Positions 1 to 11,450 of a stretch of 64,000 bases of DNA are shown piece by piece. Origin of the DNA: Octopus bimaculoides (taxonomy: Eukaryota); NCBI RefSeq assembly GCF_001194135.2, contig NC_069003.1, positions 32,756,263-32,820,262 on the forward strand. The letters are read 5' to 3'. The stretch's first letter is position 1; each line of letters begins with the position of its first letter. Both the position numbers and the translations under genes were made by a program. The notes under the pieces were generated by a model, which was not told where the DNA came from, searched no databases, and saw nothing but the letters and a program-made list of their open reading frames with translations.

Positions 1-164
1 ACTACACTCTCTGAGTGGTTGGCGTTAGGAAGGGCATCCAGCTGTAGAAACTCTGCCAAATTAGACTGGAGCCTGGTGTTGCCATCTGGTTTCACCAGTC
101 CTCAGTCAAATCGTCCAACCCATGCTAGCATGGAAAGCGGACGTTAAACGATGATGATGATGAT
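1..164 (+). mobile_element. RTE-related non-autonomous retroposon (family R) with (GAT)n tail
   Basis: ggcgttaggaagggcatccagctgtag motif, then catgctagcatggaaagcggacgttaaac and (gat)n; near-identical inverted copy at 50138-50297. Confidence 0.75.
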
Positions 165-171
165 CACATGT

Positions 172-310
172 GGATTGTTGGCGATTTTTTTCCTCCGACT
201 TCCTTTTCTCTTGGACTTTCGTCTATCTCCTGTTTCTGAAGAAGAGCTTTGCTCGAAACGTAAAGCACCTTTTCTTTCCTTCCCTGAACGTCTTTTAATA
301 CTTTGCATGT
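172..310 (+). mobile_element. Penelope-like element terminal remnant containing a hammerhead motif
   Basis: Pyrimidine-rich segment around CTGAAGAAGAGC-TTT-GCTCGAAAC; such motifs are known at the ends of Penelope-like elements. Confidence 0.5.
231..267 (+). ncRNA. Minimal type-I hammerhead ribozyme motif
   Basis: Stem I UGUUU/AAGCA, core CUGAAGA plus extra A, stem II GAGC/GCUC, GAAAC, GUA cleavage triplet; loopless ACGU stem III. Confidence 0.6.
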
Positions 311-329
311 ACCATGTCCTACATATACT

Positions 330-374
<45 letters not shown>

Positions 375-571
375 ATATATATAATTTTTTTTATATATAC
401 CAAGGCCTATTTTATGGTTGACACAAATCTATAGTAGAAGACATTTGCTTGAGATGCTGCATAGCAGGATTGAACCCAAAAACATTTTGCTGTGGGGGTG
501 AACTGCCTAACCACATGCTTGCACCCATTGTGTTCCTGTCTATCCTAGTATCCCATACTAGGGCCATGTAT

Positions 572-752
572 AAAAACACTCATGCTGGCACCATGTAAAA
601 AGCACCCAGCTCACTCTGTAAAGTGGTTTGGCATTAGGAAGGGCATCCAGTTACAGAATCCATGCCAAAGCAGATAACTGGAGCCTGGTACAGCCTACCA
701 GCTTGCCAACTCCCGTTAAACTGTCTAGCCCTTGCCAGTATGGAAAATACGA
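572..752 (+). mobile_element. Family R retroposon, diverged copy
   Basis: ggcattaggaagggcatccag ... ccagtatggaaaa matches 1-164. Confidence 0.65.
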
Positions 753-1088
753 TATTTTGACTAATTGGTAATTAGAGTTTGATAAATAAATACATAATTG
801 AAATAAGAACTGAAGTTAATATGATGAACTAAAACTGATGGTAGTGCTCCAGTATGACTCCAGTTCAGTAACTGAAAGTAGTAAAAGAATAAAAGAATTG
901 TGTGACATGCTAAACATTTTATAACTTTGTGTAATTGACACCTTGCTATACTAAAATTGTTAATTCTATAATGTGGCTACAAAAAAATCATTACTGATTT
1001 ACGACGCCATTCAGTGGATAATTAAAAAGTTTCCCACCTGCGCTGTAAATTACTAAACATTAAGGTGTCTTGGTGAGCTAGTGCCAGC

Positions 1089-1225
1089 TTAACCCTTTAA
1101 CATTAAGATTATTTTGTCAAATATAATGCCTATTTATTCACAATGTTTTGAATTAATCATGCATTATCTTGTAGCTCTGTGATTTCAATGATGTGATTGC
1201 TTGTTATAAGAATTACATTGTAGAA
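1089..1225. mobile_element. TTAA-CCCTTT-ended non-autonomous DNA element fragment (piggyBac-like MITE)
   Basis: Starts ttaaccctttaacatt; shares ttttgaattaatcatgcatt core with 43710-43920 and 61930-62150. Confidence 0.5.
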
Positions 1226-1233
1226 GAACCATC

Positions 1234-1768
1234 TTAAAGGGCTTTTAGTCAAACAAATCAATCCCAGGACTTATTGTTTGTAAGCCTAGCACTTATTCTA
1301 TCGGTCTCTTTTGTTGAACTGCTAAGTTATGGGGACGTAAACATACCAACATCAGTTGTCAAGTGATGGTGGGGCAACAAAAACACACACACATAAATAC
1401 ATACATATATATATATGACAGGCTTCTTTCAGCTTCCTTCTACCAAATTCACTCACAAGGCTTTGGTTGGCCTGAGGATATAGTAGAAGACACTTGCCCA
1501 AGGTTCCACACAGCGGGACTGAACCCAGAACCATGTGGTTGGGAAGTGTGTTGTGCTTCTTACCACACAGTCACACCTGCACCTATATATATATATATAT
1601 ATATATATGACAAGCTTCTTTCAATTTCCATCTACCAAATCGATTCACAAGGCTTTAGTCAGCCTGAATCTATAGTAGAAGACACTTGCCCAAGGTCCCA
1701 CGCAGTGACTGAACCTAGAACCATGTGGTTAGGAAGCATGCTTCTTACCACACAGCCATGCCTACACC
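1234..1768 (-). mobile_element. tRNA-derived CORE-like SINE (family A): full copy 1234-1583 plus second head module 1609-1768
   Basis: Reverse complement of 11732-12158; ggcaccttgggcaagtgtcttctactatag resembles the CORE domain. Confidence 0.8.
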
Positions 1769-1826
1769 TGATGATATTGGAAAAAAAATCTTTTTTTCCA
1801 TTCACATTTATCTTATACTATTTTAG

Positions 1827-1911
1827 GGTTTGTCTTACCATACTGGCTGGCATGGCTTTTGTCTGTATAGCTGCCAATAATTGGCACATCTTCAAAGACA
1901 TAACAGAACAG
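1827..1911 (+). CDS. Alternative candidate exon on the opposite strand (VCLTILAGMAFVCIAANNWHIFKDITEQ)
   Basis: ttttag|G...CAG|gtaagg, with a second donor gtaagt 5 nt downstream; no partner exon found. Confidence 0.3.
1839..1889 (-). CDS. Candidate coding exon 2 of gene A (YVPIIGSYTDKSHASQY)
   Basis: Pyrimidine tract then tttgaag|ATGTG...GTATG|gtaaga; 51 nt, phase 1-1, in frame with exon 2201-2288. Confidence 0.45.
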
Positions 1912-2160
1912 GTAAGGTAAGTCTATTCTAAATGCAGGTATGGTAACAGTTTGTTTACTGGAGTATGTTAAACTTGAGGAAAGGATTTGTGGGTGAAAAT
2001 TTTTACTCTCACACAACTATTTCTATCATGAAAAATGTATTTATATCATTTCTTGTTTTCTTTCTTATTTTTTTGTTTGTTTGTTTTTATTTCTATTCTT
2101 TTAACTGTTTACTTGTCAAATAACTGTTTACTTGTCAAATAACAATGGCGTTGGTGAAGA

Positions 2161-2197
<37 letters not shown>

Positions 2198-2200
2198 TAC

Positions 2201-2288
2201 ATGTCAACTTCATTGACAGCAACGTATACACACAAAACGCGAAGGTAACCATTGAAATGCTGACTGTGATTTTAATGTATCTTTCCAT
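2201..2288 (-). CDS. Candidate first coding exon of gene A, type II membrane signal anchor (MERYIKITVSISMVTFAFCVYTLLSMKLT)
   Basis: Acceptor ccttacag| (exon starts 2308), ATG at 2288, donor CAT|gtaagt followed by poly-T; basic N-terminus plus hydrophobic stretch. Confidence 0.5.
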
Positions 2289-2909
2289 GTGTTATATTGA
2301 CAGCATTACTGTAAGGACTAAGAATGGTGATCATGATGTCTTCAATGAATATAGAAGTGATAAAGAGTTTTGTTGAAGATTCAGGTTTGTAAGAAACAAA
2401 AATAATTTACTGAGCTCTTATGATCAGGGATTTTGCAAAGTATATAATCAGGAGCTTTGCTTCAACCTTTGATTATCCCTTTTTTTTTTTCTTAGACATA
2501 AATATATCAAGGACTTTATTATCTAATGTGTTCTTTTTCTAAAAGGACTTGTTGTGACTTGAGGGAGATTTAGTTACTCTTCTTATCAGGTTGTACAACC
2601 ACATAGATCCTGCCTAGCTGGCCTGCCTTCTATTTGAGAAGTAAGGAACCTATGAGCTTTACACCTTCTTTCTAAATGAGTAAATAAAACACTTAATGTG
2701 GTGATATTTCATTGAACTTCATACATGTTATTTGTGTTACTTAGTCACTGGTTAACCCTGATCAAAAGCACTTCAGCCATGGCTATTCAAGGGCATTGTT
2801 TACCTAGGACTATATTATGCAATGTATGCTTCCTTTCCAAGACCCTGAGTGTAATTTGAGGGAGATTTGTTGTTTCCCCAGATAGTCCATACAATCCAGA
2901 GGTTAGGAC

Positions 2910-3260
2910 TCCCTAAAAAAAATCCCTTGGTTCCAGCAACAATGATCACCACCAGTGGTTTGTTCTTGCCACTGACCATGAATCCTGGCATCTCAGTCCA
3001 CCAAGCAACAGCCTCCTTTGAAGACACCCTCAAGAACATACTTGCAAACAATAGAAAGAGAAAGAGAGAGAGAAAGAGAAAGAGGGAGAGGAAGAAAAGC
3101 AGAGTCACTACAACCAGCCCTGATCAGCTCACCTTACCCCTGCAGCCTCCATGGTCTTACTTTTTGTCTGTCCCAAATCAGACTTGTCAGACATCAGCAA
3201 GCCTGCAGCAGAAGTGGATGTCTTCTTTAAATCTATGTTCATGAAGCCAAGCCATGATAT
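2910..3260 (+). mobile_element. RTE-clade LINE 3' fragment
   Basis: Frameshifted KSLG..DHHQW..LATDHESW/VHQATASFED.. then degenerate zinc finger CSLHGLTFCLSQIRLVRHQQAC; tail taaatct..gaagccaagcca. Confidence 0.75.
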
Positions 3261-3348
3261 ATATATATGTGATCTTCTTCTAGCACATTAGCAGACCACC
3301 TAGTGGCCTCCTTTATATATATTTTTATATATACATACATACATATAC

Positions 3349-3392
<44 letters not shown>

Positions 3393-3486
3393 TGTCTTTG
3401 CTGAAACTTGTTCAGTCCAAGTTGATTACTTTCATATGTAGCATGAATGTAGAGTTTCATATTTATTATTCAACAGTTTACTGAGA

Positions 3487-3527
<41 letters not shown>

Positions 3528-3993
3528 NNNNNNNNNNNNNNNNNNNNNNNNNNNNNNNNNNNNNNNNNNNNNNNNNNNNNNNNNNNNNNNNNNNNNNNNN
3601 NNNNNNNNNNNNNNNNNNNNNNNNNNNNNNNNNNNNNNNNNNNNNNNNNNNNNNNNNNNNNNNNNNNNNNNNNNNNNNNNNNNNNNNNNNNNNNNNNNNN
3701 NNNNNNNNNNNNNNNNNNNNNNNNNNNNNNNNNNNNNNNNNNNNNNNNNNNNNNNNNNNNNNNNNNNNNNNNNNNNNNNNNNNNNNNNNNNNNNNNNNNN
3801 NNNNNNNNNNNNNNNNNNNNNNNNNNNNNNNNNNNNNNNNNNNNNNNNNNNNNNNNNNNNNNNNNNNNNNNNNNNNNNNNNNNNNNNNNNNNNNNNNNNN
3901 NNNNNNNNNNNNNNNNNNNNNNNNNNNNNNNNNNNNNNNNNNNNNNNNNNNNNNNNNNNNNNNNNNNNNNNNNNNNNNNNNNNNNNNNNNNNN
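3528..3993. other. Assembly gap; others at 8566-8704, 10485-11048, 15257-15409, 20027-20054, 21928-22432 and 39700-39709
   Basis: N runs, mostly bounded by microsatellites. Confidence 1.
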
Positions 3994-4048
3994 TATATGT
4001 ATATACTTATGTATATACTTATGTATGTATTTATGTGTGGTGTATAAC

Positions 4049-4080
<32 letters not shown>

Positions 4081-4463
4081 CATGCATAGCTACAGATGTA
4101 TACACCCACACCTTATGTATATATATATATATATATATAATGTCCCATAATCAAAAATTATGTGAATGTCATTATTTCTACCTCGTTTCAGTACTAATTT
4201 TCTGCTTTTGTTGTTTGTTTACTCCATTATTTGTTTCATTTTGTTTCTTTACAATTCCTCTTTCTCCTTCTTCTTCTTTCTCCTTCTTCTTCCTTTCCTT
4301 CTTTATTCTCACACACCCATTCTTTTCATTATTGCTTCTCTTCCCTCCCTTCTGTCTTTTTCTTTCCCTCTCTCTCTGTCAATAGCTTTCCCTTACTTAA
4401 AGTCAGTCTTCACCTTTTCTCTTCATTTCACAATGAATTTCATACTCTAATACCATACAGGAA

Positions 4464-4553
<90 letters not shown>

Positions 4554-4624
4554 ATCTATCTAGCTACCTATCAACATTTATCTATCAATTTATCAACACC
4601 TGTCTATCTATTAACTGCATCCAA

Positions 4625-4800
4625 TTGCCAAAGTTCATCAAACAACTGCAGGACAAGATGATGGAAGATCCATGCAAGGGAATCCAGGCTTTGGTGAGAA
4701 AATTGGGTGTTGGAATAGGCACCATGAAGCTGGCCCTGAATGAGGACTTTTGTCATTGCTCATACAAATTATGGGTTATGCTATTGGTCACAATTTATTC
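4625..4800 (+). mobile_element. Tc1/mariner (maT/DD37D-like) transposase fragment
   Basis: PKFIKQLQDKMMEDPCKGIQALVRKLGV..TMKLALNED..HCSYK matches the HTH region of maT transposases. Confidence 0.65.
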
Positions 4801-5649
4801 ATCCCAGAAGAATTTTGTGAAATGGCCTGTATATTTAGGTGAGTCAGCATCAGGTCATGGGATTGTTTTTTTTTAGTGATTCACAAAAAGGATATAGGCA
4901 GATAGAGGAAGTTTGGTGGTCAGACAATGAGCCATCAATTTTAGTTATTTTAGTTGTATTGGGTTTAATCCTTTCCTTTGGCAATGCAAAGGTCAATGTT
5001 TAGTCCAGCATTTAGAAACTTGAACTCACAGTCAATAATATTCTTGTTAAGAAAATAAATTTGTACTCTACCAGATGTATTGAGTAATCCTTCAGTTTAA
5101 TGTAAACTTGTTTTTATTATAACATAGCAAAAAAGATTTATATATATTATATATATATAACTACCCAAAACAATGCATAATGGGAAAATATTCTGAAAAT
5201 AATCTTCATCCTGAAAGGGAAGAAAGTCTTATCTTTCTATTAGACACAGTGACTTGACAATGAAAAAATACCTTTTCCATAGGTTTTTTCCGAGTGCATT
5301 CAACATATCTCACCTCCAAAGATTTAGCTGCTATTTCCAGTACAACCTGCTACCATGTAACAGCTATTTGCGATAAAGGACTTGAAATACCTGTTATGTG
5401 GTAGCAGGGTGTGTGAGAAATAGCAGCCAAATCTTTCCTTTTCTGGGGAAAGGAACCATTTACACATGATTTCGATGTCACATTTGTTGAAAGCATGTGA
5501 AATAACCTGGAAAAGAAAAAAAAAACCATGAAACCAAACTCCGTTACTGGGAAACTCTGAGTTTATTATTTTTATAATTCATATATATATATATTTTATA
5601 ATTGCAAAACAACACCACAGAAGAATCAATGTAAGCTTAAATAATAAGC

Positions 5650-5716
5650 TGTAATAGGTGAACTGCAGTAGGTGAACCAAAATAGGTGAACCGCAATATG
5701 GCGAGAGATTACTGTA
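5650..5716 (-). mobile_element. pogo/Tigger-like terminal inverted repeat fragment
   Basis: Minus strand reads TA-CAGTAATCTCTCGCCATATTGCGGTTCACC; three taggtgaac subterminal repeats. Confidence 0.45.
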
Positions 5717-5810
5717 TTAGCAATATCAAATGTACAAATATATGTATGTTTGTATGCATGTTTGTACATATGTAGGTGTGTCCGTATATATATATATATA
5801 TATATATATA

Positions 5811-6012
5811 GTTTTAGGGAAAATAACCAAGTTTCAAGAACTCATCGATGAAAATCCACTATCCATTATTATTATTATATTATATTTATCTTATGATATT
5901 TACTTTACTTTATATTATACTCATTTATTGTGCTTTTAATTATTAATTTTTCTATATGTGATAGTGGATTTTCATCGATGAGTTCTTGAAACTTGGTTAT
6001 TTTCCCTAAAAC
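5811..6012. repeat. Perfect 53-bp inverted repeat (fold-back or MITE)
   Basis: 5811-5863 is the exact reverse complement of 5960-6012; 96-bp AT-rich spacer; TA-run flanks. Confidence 0.9.
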
Positions 6013-6103
6013 TATATATTTTATATATATTTTATCTATAAAGCTCAATTTAATTTTAATTTTTATAAATTAATTTTAATTGAGTTTTTACCTGTAATTT
6101 TGG

Positions 6104-6151
<48 letters not shown>

Positions 6152-6925
6152 TTACATACATACATATAGATATATGTATACATATCACTGCCGGTGCCCT
6201 AGCATGGCCACAGCCTAAGGGCCTAAGCATATAAAAGAATATATATAGATATGTATGCATGTAGATATGTATGATTGGATGCATGTATGTATGTATGTAT
6301 GTATGTATGTATGTATGTATGTATGTGTGTGTGTTTGTATATATACACAAACATGTATGGATGTAAGTATGTATTATGTATGCATATATGTGCGTATGAA
6401 TATAGGTAGGTAGATATGTGTGCATGTATGTAGATTGGTAGGTAAGTTGGTATATAGGTAGGTATGCATGTGTGTGTATATAGCTATGTATGTAGTTAGG
6501 TAAGGAGGTATGTGGGTAGTCACATAGGTAGGTAAGTAGGCAGGTAGGTAAGGCATTAGGTAAACCATCCTTGAATTTAATCTGAATTCATATTATTGAC
6601 CCAGTTGCAACACATAAATCTATATGTGGAACAATAGACCAGTATATCATGTTTAGTTGTTTGGAGAGATATATCAGAGCTCTGCTCAGTCAGTACTGAT
6701 CTGGGGACTAAACAACATCTTAAATGACCGATTTATTTGTTATAACAAAAAGAAAAGCAAGCTAATGTGAGAATCTCTACTAGATTTCTTGACCTGCTAG
6801 GAATAATGACTAAGTCTCCCTCAGGTCACTCCTTGACTGTCTTAAAAAAATAATCTAGATCTACATACAGTTTTAATCAGTTTTATGCAAACTTAGGCAG
6901 TATTTCTCCATGGTCTGACATACAT

Positions 6926-7053
<128 letters not shown>

Positions 7054-7419
7054 ATAGATATCAGGCTTACATACAGTTTCCATCTACAAAATGCACCCAC
7101 CAGACATCGATCAGCCTGAGGCTATAGTAGAAACCCTTTTGGATAGAAAAAGTTGAAGGCTGGAAAGGTTTTTCATCTCAATATTTACATGCTATTGTTT
7201 ACAGCTTTATGCATGTGTTTCAAGTTATATCATTCAAAAAAAGAATTATTTAACTTTGTCTTAAAAGTTTATGAAATTGTTATGACATCAGTAATATATA
7301 TATATATATATATATAATATAAATAATATATATATATATGTGTGTGTATATATATTAAATCCTATATATATATATATATATTTATAAAAAAGAAATTTGA
7401 AAATGCCAATATATAAAAA

Positions 7420-7800
7420 ATGAATTTTAATTTATAATTTTGTCAGAGATATTTTTAACATGTTTCGGTTCTTGAAAAAACGAACCTTATCAAAAATACA
7501 TATTTAAAAAAATGAAATTAAATGAAAAGTTCATAATTGTTCCTTACTGGTGTCAATAGTCCACGTGGGAGCATTTTTTGTTGGTTGTAGTGGTAGTAGT
7601 GACTGTGTTGGTAATGGTAAATGGCAATGCATATATGGGTACAGGACGTCACCAACAGTAAACATGAAATATGAAAACAAAGGAGTTAAATACGCAAACA
7701 GCAAGAGAGAAAAAATGGAAAACAAGATGAGTAATACAAAGAATATAAAGAACGGCCCTTCATCAGTTGTTGGCTGTCCATCTACTCCACATTTCGAGTA
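7420..7800 (-). mobile_element. Penelope-like remnant with degenerate hammerhead motif (7452-7498)
   Basis: Minus strand TTGATAA-GGTTC..GAACC-GAAAC-ATGTT; CTGATGAAGGG near 7760. Confidence 0.45.
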
Positions 7801-8374
7801 ATCAATGACAATATGAGTCCTTGGAGATAGTTGCTCCTATTTCATTTCATTTCATTTCAAAGTTTCAGCTCAGAGCTGCGGCCAGGGTCAAAGTTGGGAA
7901 CAAAAAGCAGGACAGTGGAGACATTACAAGGAAACTGAAGGAAAGCAAACATGGAGGGCTCTAACTGCATGGCCCTCCCAGGGATGGATGGATGGATGAG
8001 AGGAGGATGATCTACCAATGTACAAATTTTATATTTTTTGCTAGTTTATTTTTTTATTAAAATCAACAAAAAGTGCTGAGAGTTTACATTTTTTTGTTGC
8101 TTTTATTGTTTACTGCTATTTTGTGTTAAATTAATGACATTAATTAAAGAAGATATTTAATATAGTTATGATATCTGGCTTTGGGGAAGGACTAGAAGAA
8201 ATCCAATGTTTAATTTATTATTTCATATTCAGCACTTATGATGTCTCAATGGCTTGACAGTTAAACAATGGTAAGGTTGAATCAACACTATTGTTGGGAT
8301 GTTGCGCTTAGGGGCATCAGTTGACCTTAATCTAGCCCTGCCTATACAACACTACAGATTTAACACACATCCAC

Positions 8375-8406
<32 letters not shown>

Positions 8407-8413
<7 letters not shown>

Positions 8414-8777
8414 ACTTGGGGATGGTCATATTGCCAGTTTAGCCAATAAAAACACACGCACTGTATATTTGGTGTTAATTTTTTTTTTTTTTTTTCAGCT
8501 TTATATTACATTAATCTTAATCTTAATTAGATTAAGATTAAGATTAAGATTAAGATTAAGATTAANNNNNNNNNNNNNNNNNNNNNNNNNNNNNNNNNNN
8601 NNNNNNNNNNNNNNNNNNNNNNNNNNNNNNNNNNNNNNNNNNNNNNNNNNNNNNNNNNNNNNNNNNNNNNNNNNNNNNNNNNNNNNNNNNNNNNNNNNNN
8701 NNNNATTAACACCAAATATACAGTGCGTGTGTTTTTATTGGCTAAACTGGCAATATGACCATCCCCAAGTACAACAA
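8407..8777. mobile_element. MITE-like element with perfect 73-bp terminal inverted repeats, spanning a gap
   Basis: 8407-8479 is the exact reverse complement of 8705-8777; internal (GATTAA)n. Confidence 0.7.
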
Positions 8778-8818
8778 CATCTGTTTCAACACACGATTTC
8801 ACATAAAAAATCTTGCAA

Positions 8819-8849
<31 letters not shown>

Positions 8850-8865
8850 TCATATACATATATAC

Positions 8866-8901
<36 letters not shown>

Positions 8902-9439
8902 TCACTAGAGGGCTAGATTTATTACGAGTGTTCAACATTTTATTTAATATTAAAAGTTTGTATATCTATCTAAACACATATTGTATTTATCCTCACTTGA
9001 AGCTCACATTGATGTAAACTATATGATCATACTAAGCACTACATTAAAGCAATCCCACACAACTTCAACTCCATGAATTAGATTAAAAGCAACTCTGAAA
9101 GTAAAATTTTACCTGGCATCCTTCTGTGGTTGATAGAGAAAGCACTACTCCAAGTCAATGAATTCCAAGTTTAGAAGCCAATATGGGTGAACACGCTCTT
9201 TACGGAAGTCCTTCAGCAAGTGCTCAAGAGTATTTTTTTTTTCTAACAACTCTTTATGGTAAGCACACCAGCTGATTGCAGACAGAATGGTTCTGGGATG
9301 GACTAAGTATTTGAATGAAAGAGAAAAATATACATATTGATGACTGAACGTTTGTATTTACAAATGAGGGAAAATGTACCTATTTCATAAAATAGAGCAT
9401 GTATATTTTATTAAATCCCATATATATATATATATACAG

Positions 9440-9740
9440 TCTGTTAAAGTCTGTCATACCGGCCATGATGAAGGGAAATAGCCCTGAAACTCGAGTCGCC
9501 TTTATATATATATATTTATATTTATATATTTATATATTTGATCCTTTATATTGAACACTCAATATTTCATCTACATTCAATACTTTCTTTCATGGTGCCA
9601 TCCATTTTTATTTTATTTTATTTTATATTGTATATTGTATATCATATTATATATTGTATATTCCATATTCTATACCCCACATTAGTTCTGCAGGAATATA
9701 AATAAAACATAAAAAACAGACAGTGTTGGAACTCTTTTAA
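9440..9740 (+). mobile_element. Penelope-like remnant with hammerhead-like motif (9461-9500)
   Basis: ggc-caTGATGA-AGGG..CCCT-GAAAC-TCGA-GTC-gcc. Confidence 0.5.
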
Positions 9741-9808
9741 GCAAAATAATATATTCCTCTATACACAATCATACAAAAAACCCCACCTTTTTTGTATTTA
9801 TTTTTACT

Positions 9809-9885
<77 letters not shown>

Positions 9886-10330
9886 GTATACAAACAGACA
9901 TGCACGCACACAAAGGTACATATTTATATGTACATACACACACACACGTAAATATATATATATATACTTATACATATGCATACATACATACACATATGTT
10001 TGTTTTATCACTCAAATACATAAGAGTAATCAATATAACATTGTATTGGAAGCATGTAGGACTACATATGAAGAACAACCAGGTTTCAAAATCTATACCA
10101 TAACAATTTGTGCAAACAAGCAAACAAGGCTGGGCTACAGAAAACCATTAGGTTTGCACTTGAAATTCTGTTCATCATATATATTTCTGTGGCTTTTTTT
10201 TAACACTATACACCTATAAAAGAGGATATCTCGGTCATGAATTCTGCTCTTTATGATGCCTTCAACAGTGTAGCTGCTTTAAATATGACATATAGATTGC
10301 TATTATGAATTAATACTGCTTCTGTTGCTC

Positions 10331-10385
<55 letters not shown>

Positions 10386-11081
10386 ATATATAAGGTCAGT
10401 CTCTCCAATGTCTAAAACTGCAAACATTACATAAATTTTCACTTTGAATTTTTGTGTAAACTGGCACTGTAAATACAGTTGGTANNNNNNNNNNNNNNNN
10501 NNNNNNNNNNNNNNNNNNNNNNNNNNNNNNNNNNNNNNNNNNNNNNNNNNNNNNNNNNNNNNNNNNNNNNNNNNNNNNNNNNNNNNNNNNNNNNNNNNNN
10601 NNNNNNNNNNNNNNNNNNNNNNNNNNNNNNNNNNNNNNNNNNNNNNNNNNNNNNNNNNNNNNNNNNNNNNNNNNNNNNNNNNNNNNNNNNNNNNNNNNNN
10701 NNNNNNNNNNNNNNNNNNNNNNNNNNNNNNNNNNNNNNNNNNNNNNNNNNNNNNNNNNNNNNNNNNNNNNNNNNNNNNNNNNNNNNNNNNNNNNNNNNNN
10801 NNNNNNNNNNNNNNNNNNNNNNNNNNNNNNNNNNNNNNNNNNNNNNNNNNNNNNNNNNNNNNNNNNNNNNNNNNNNNNNNNNNNNNNNNNNNNNNNNNNN
10901 NNNNNNNNNNNNNNNNNNNNNNNNNNNNNNNNNNNNNNNNNNNNNNNNNNNNNNNNNNNNNNNNNNNNNNNNNNNNNNNNNNNNNNNNNNNNNNNNNNNN
11001 NNNNNNNNNNNNNNNNNNNNNNNNNNNNNNNNNNNNNNNNNNNNNNNNATATATATATATATATATATATATAAATATATA

Positions 11082-11450
11082 TAGGATGTGGTGAATAAAT
11101 TTTCGTCTAAATTACGCAAAAATGAAAATAACACTGACATCTCATTTTAACAAACATATTTACCAAAATTGCATGAAAATATCTTGAAATACTAGAGAGT
11201 AAATTTATTCAATAAAATTGCCATTGGCTTCGACCACAGCCACCAGATGACTTCAGAATCTCCTACAACTCCTCTGGACGGTCTCCTTGCTAAGTTTGTA
11301 AATGCTGCCATAATCCTTACCTTCAGTTCGTCTTTGGTGTTACAAGGAGTTTTCTTGGTCTCTCGTTCAAATGCACCCAAAACAATAATCAAGGGGGTTG
11401 CAGTCTGGTGTGTTAGGGGTGGATGTGGTCTCAGAAATTGTCTGACAGCC
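11082..11450 (-). mobile_element. maT/DD37D-like transposase C-terminal fragment with terminal repeat
   Basis: PNTPDCNPLDY../ERETKKTPCNTKDELKVRIMAAFTNL matches the SPDxNPLDY motif; terminal repeat-like end next to a TA run. Confidence 0.8.

Noticed and set aside
2867-3244. 125-aa ORF with acceptor-like cccag and a basic NLS-like run, in phase with the + exon at 1827
   Set aside because: Frame-hopping translation reproduces an RTE C-terminus and 3' tail; the basic run is a (GA)-type expansion
7752-7775. CTGATGAAGGG on the minus strand as another hammerhead
   Set aside because: No stem II closure or GAAA follows
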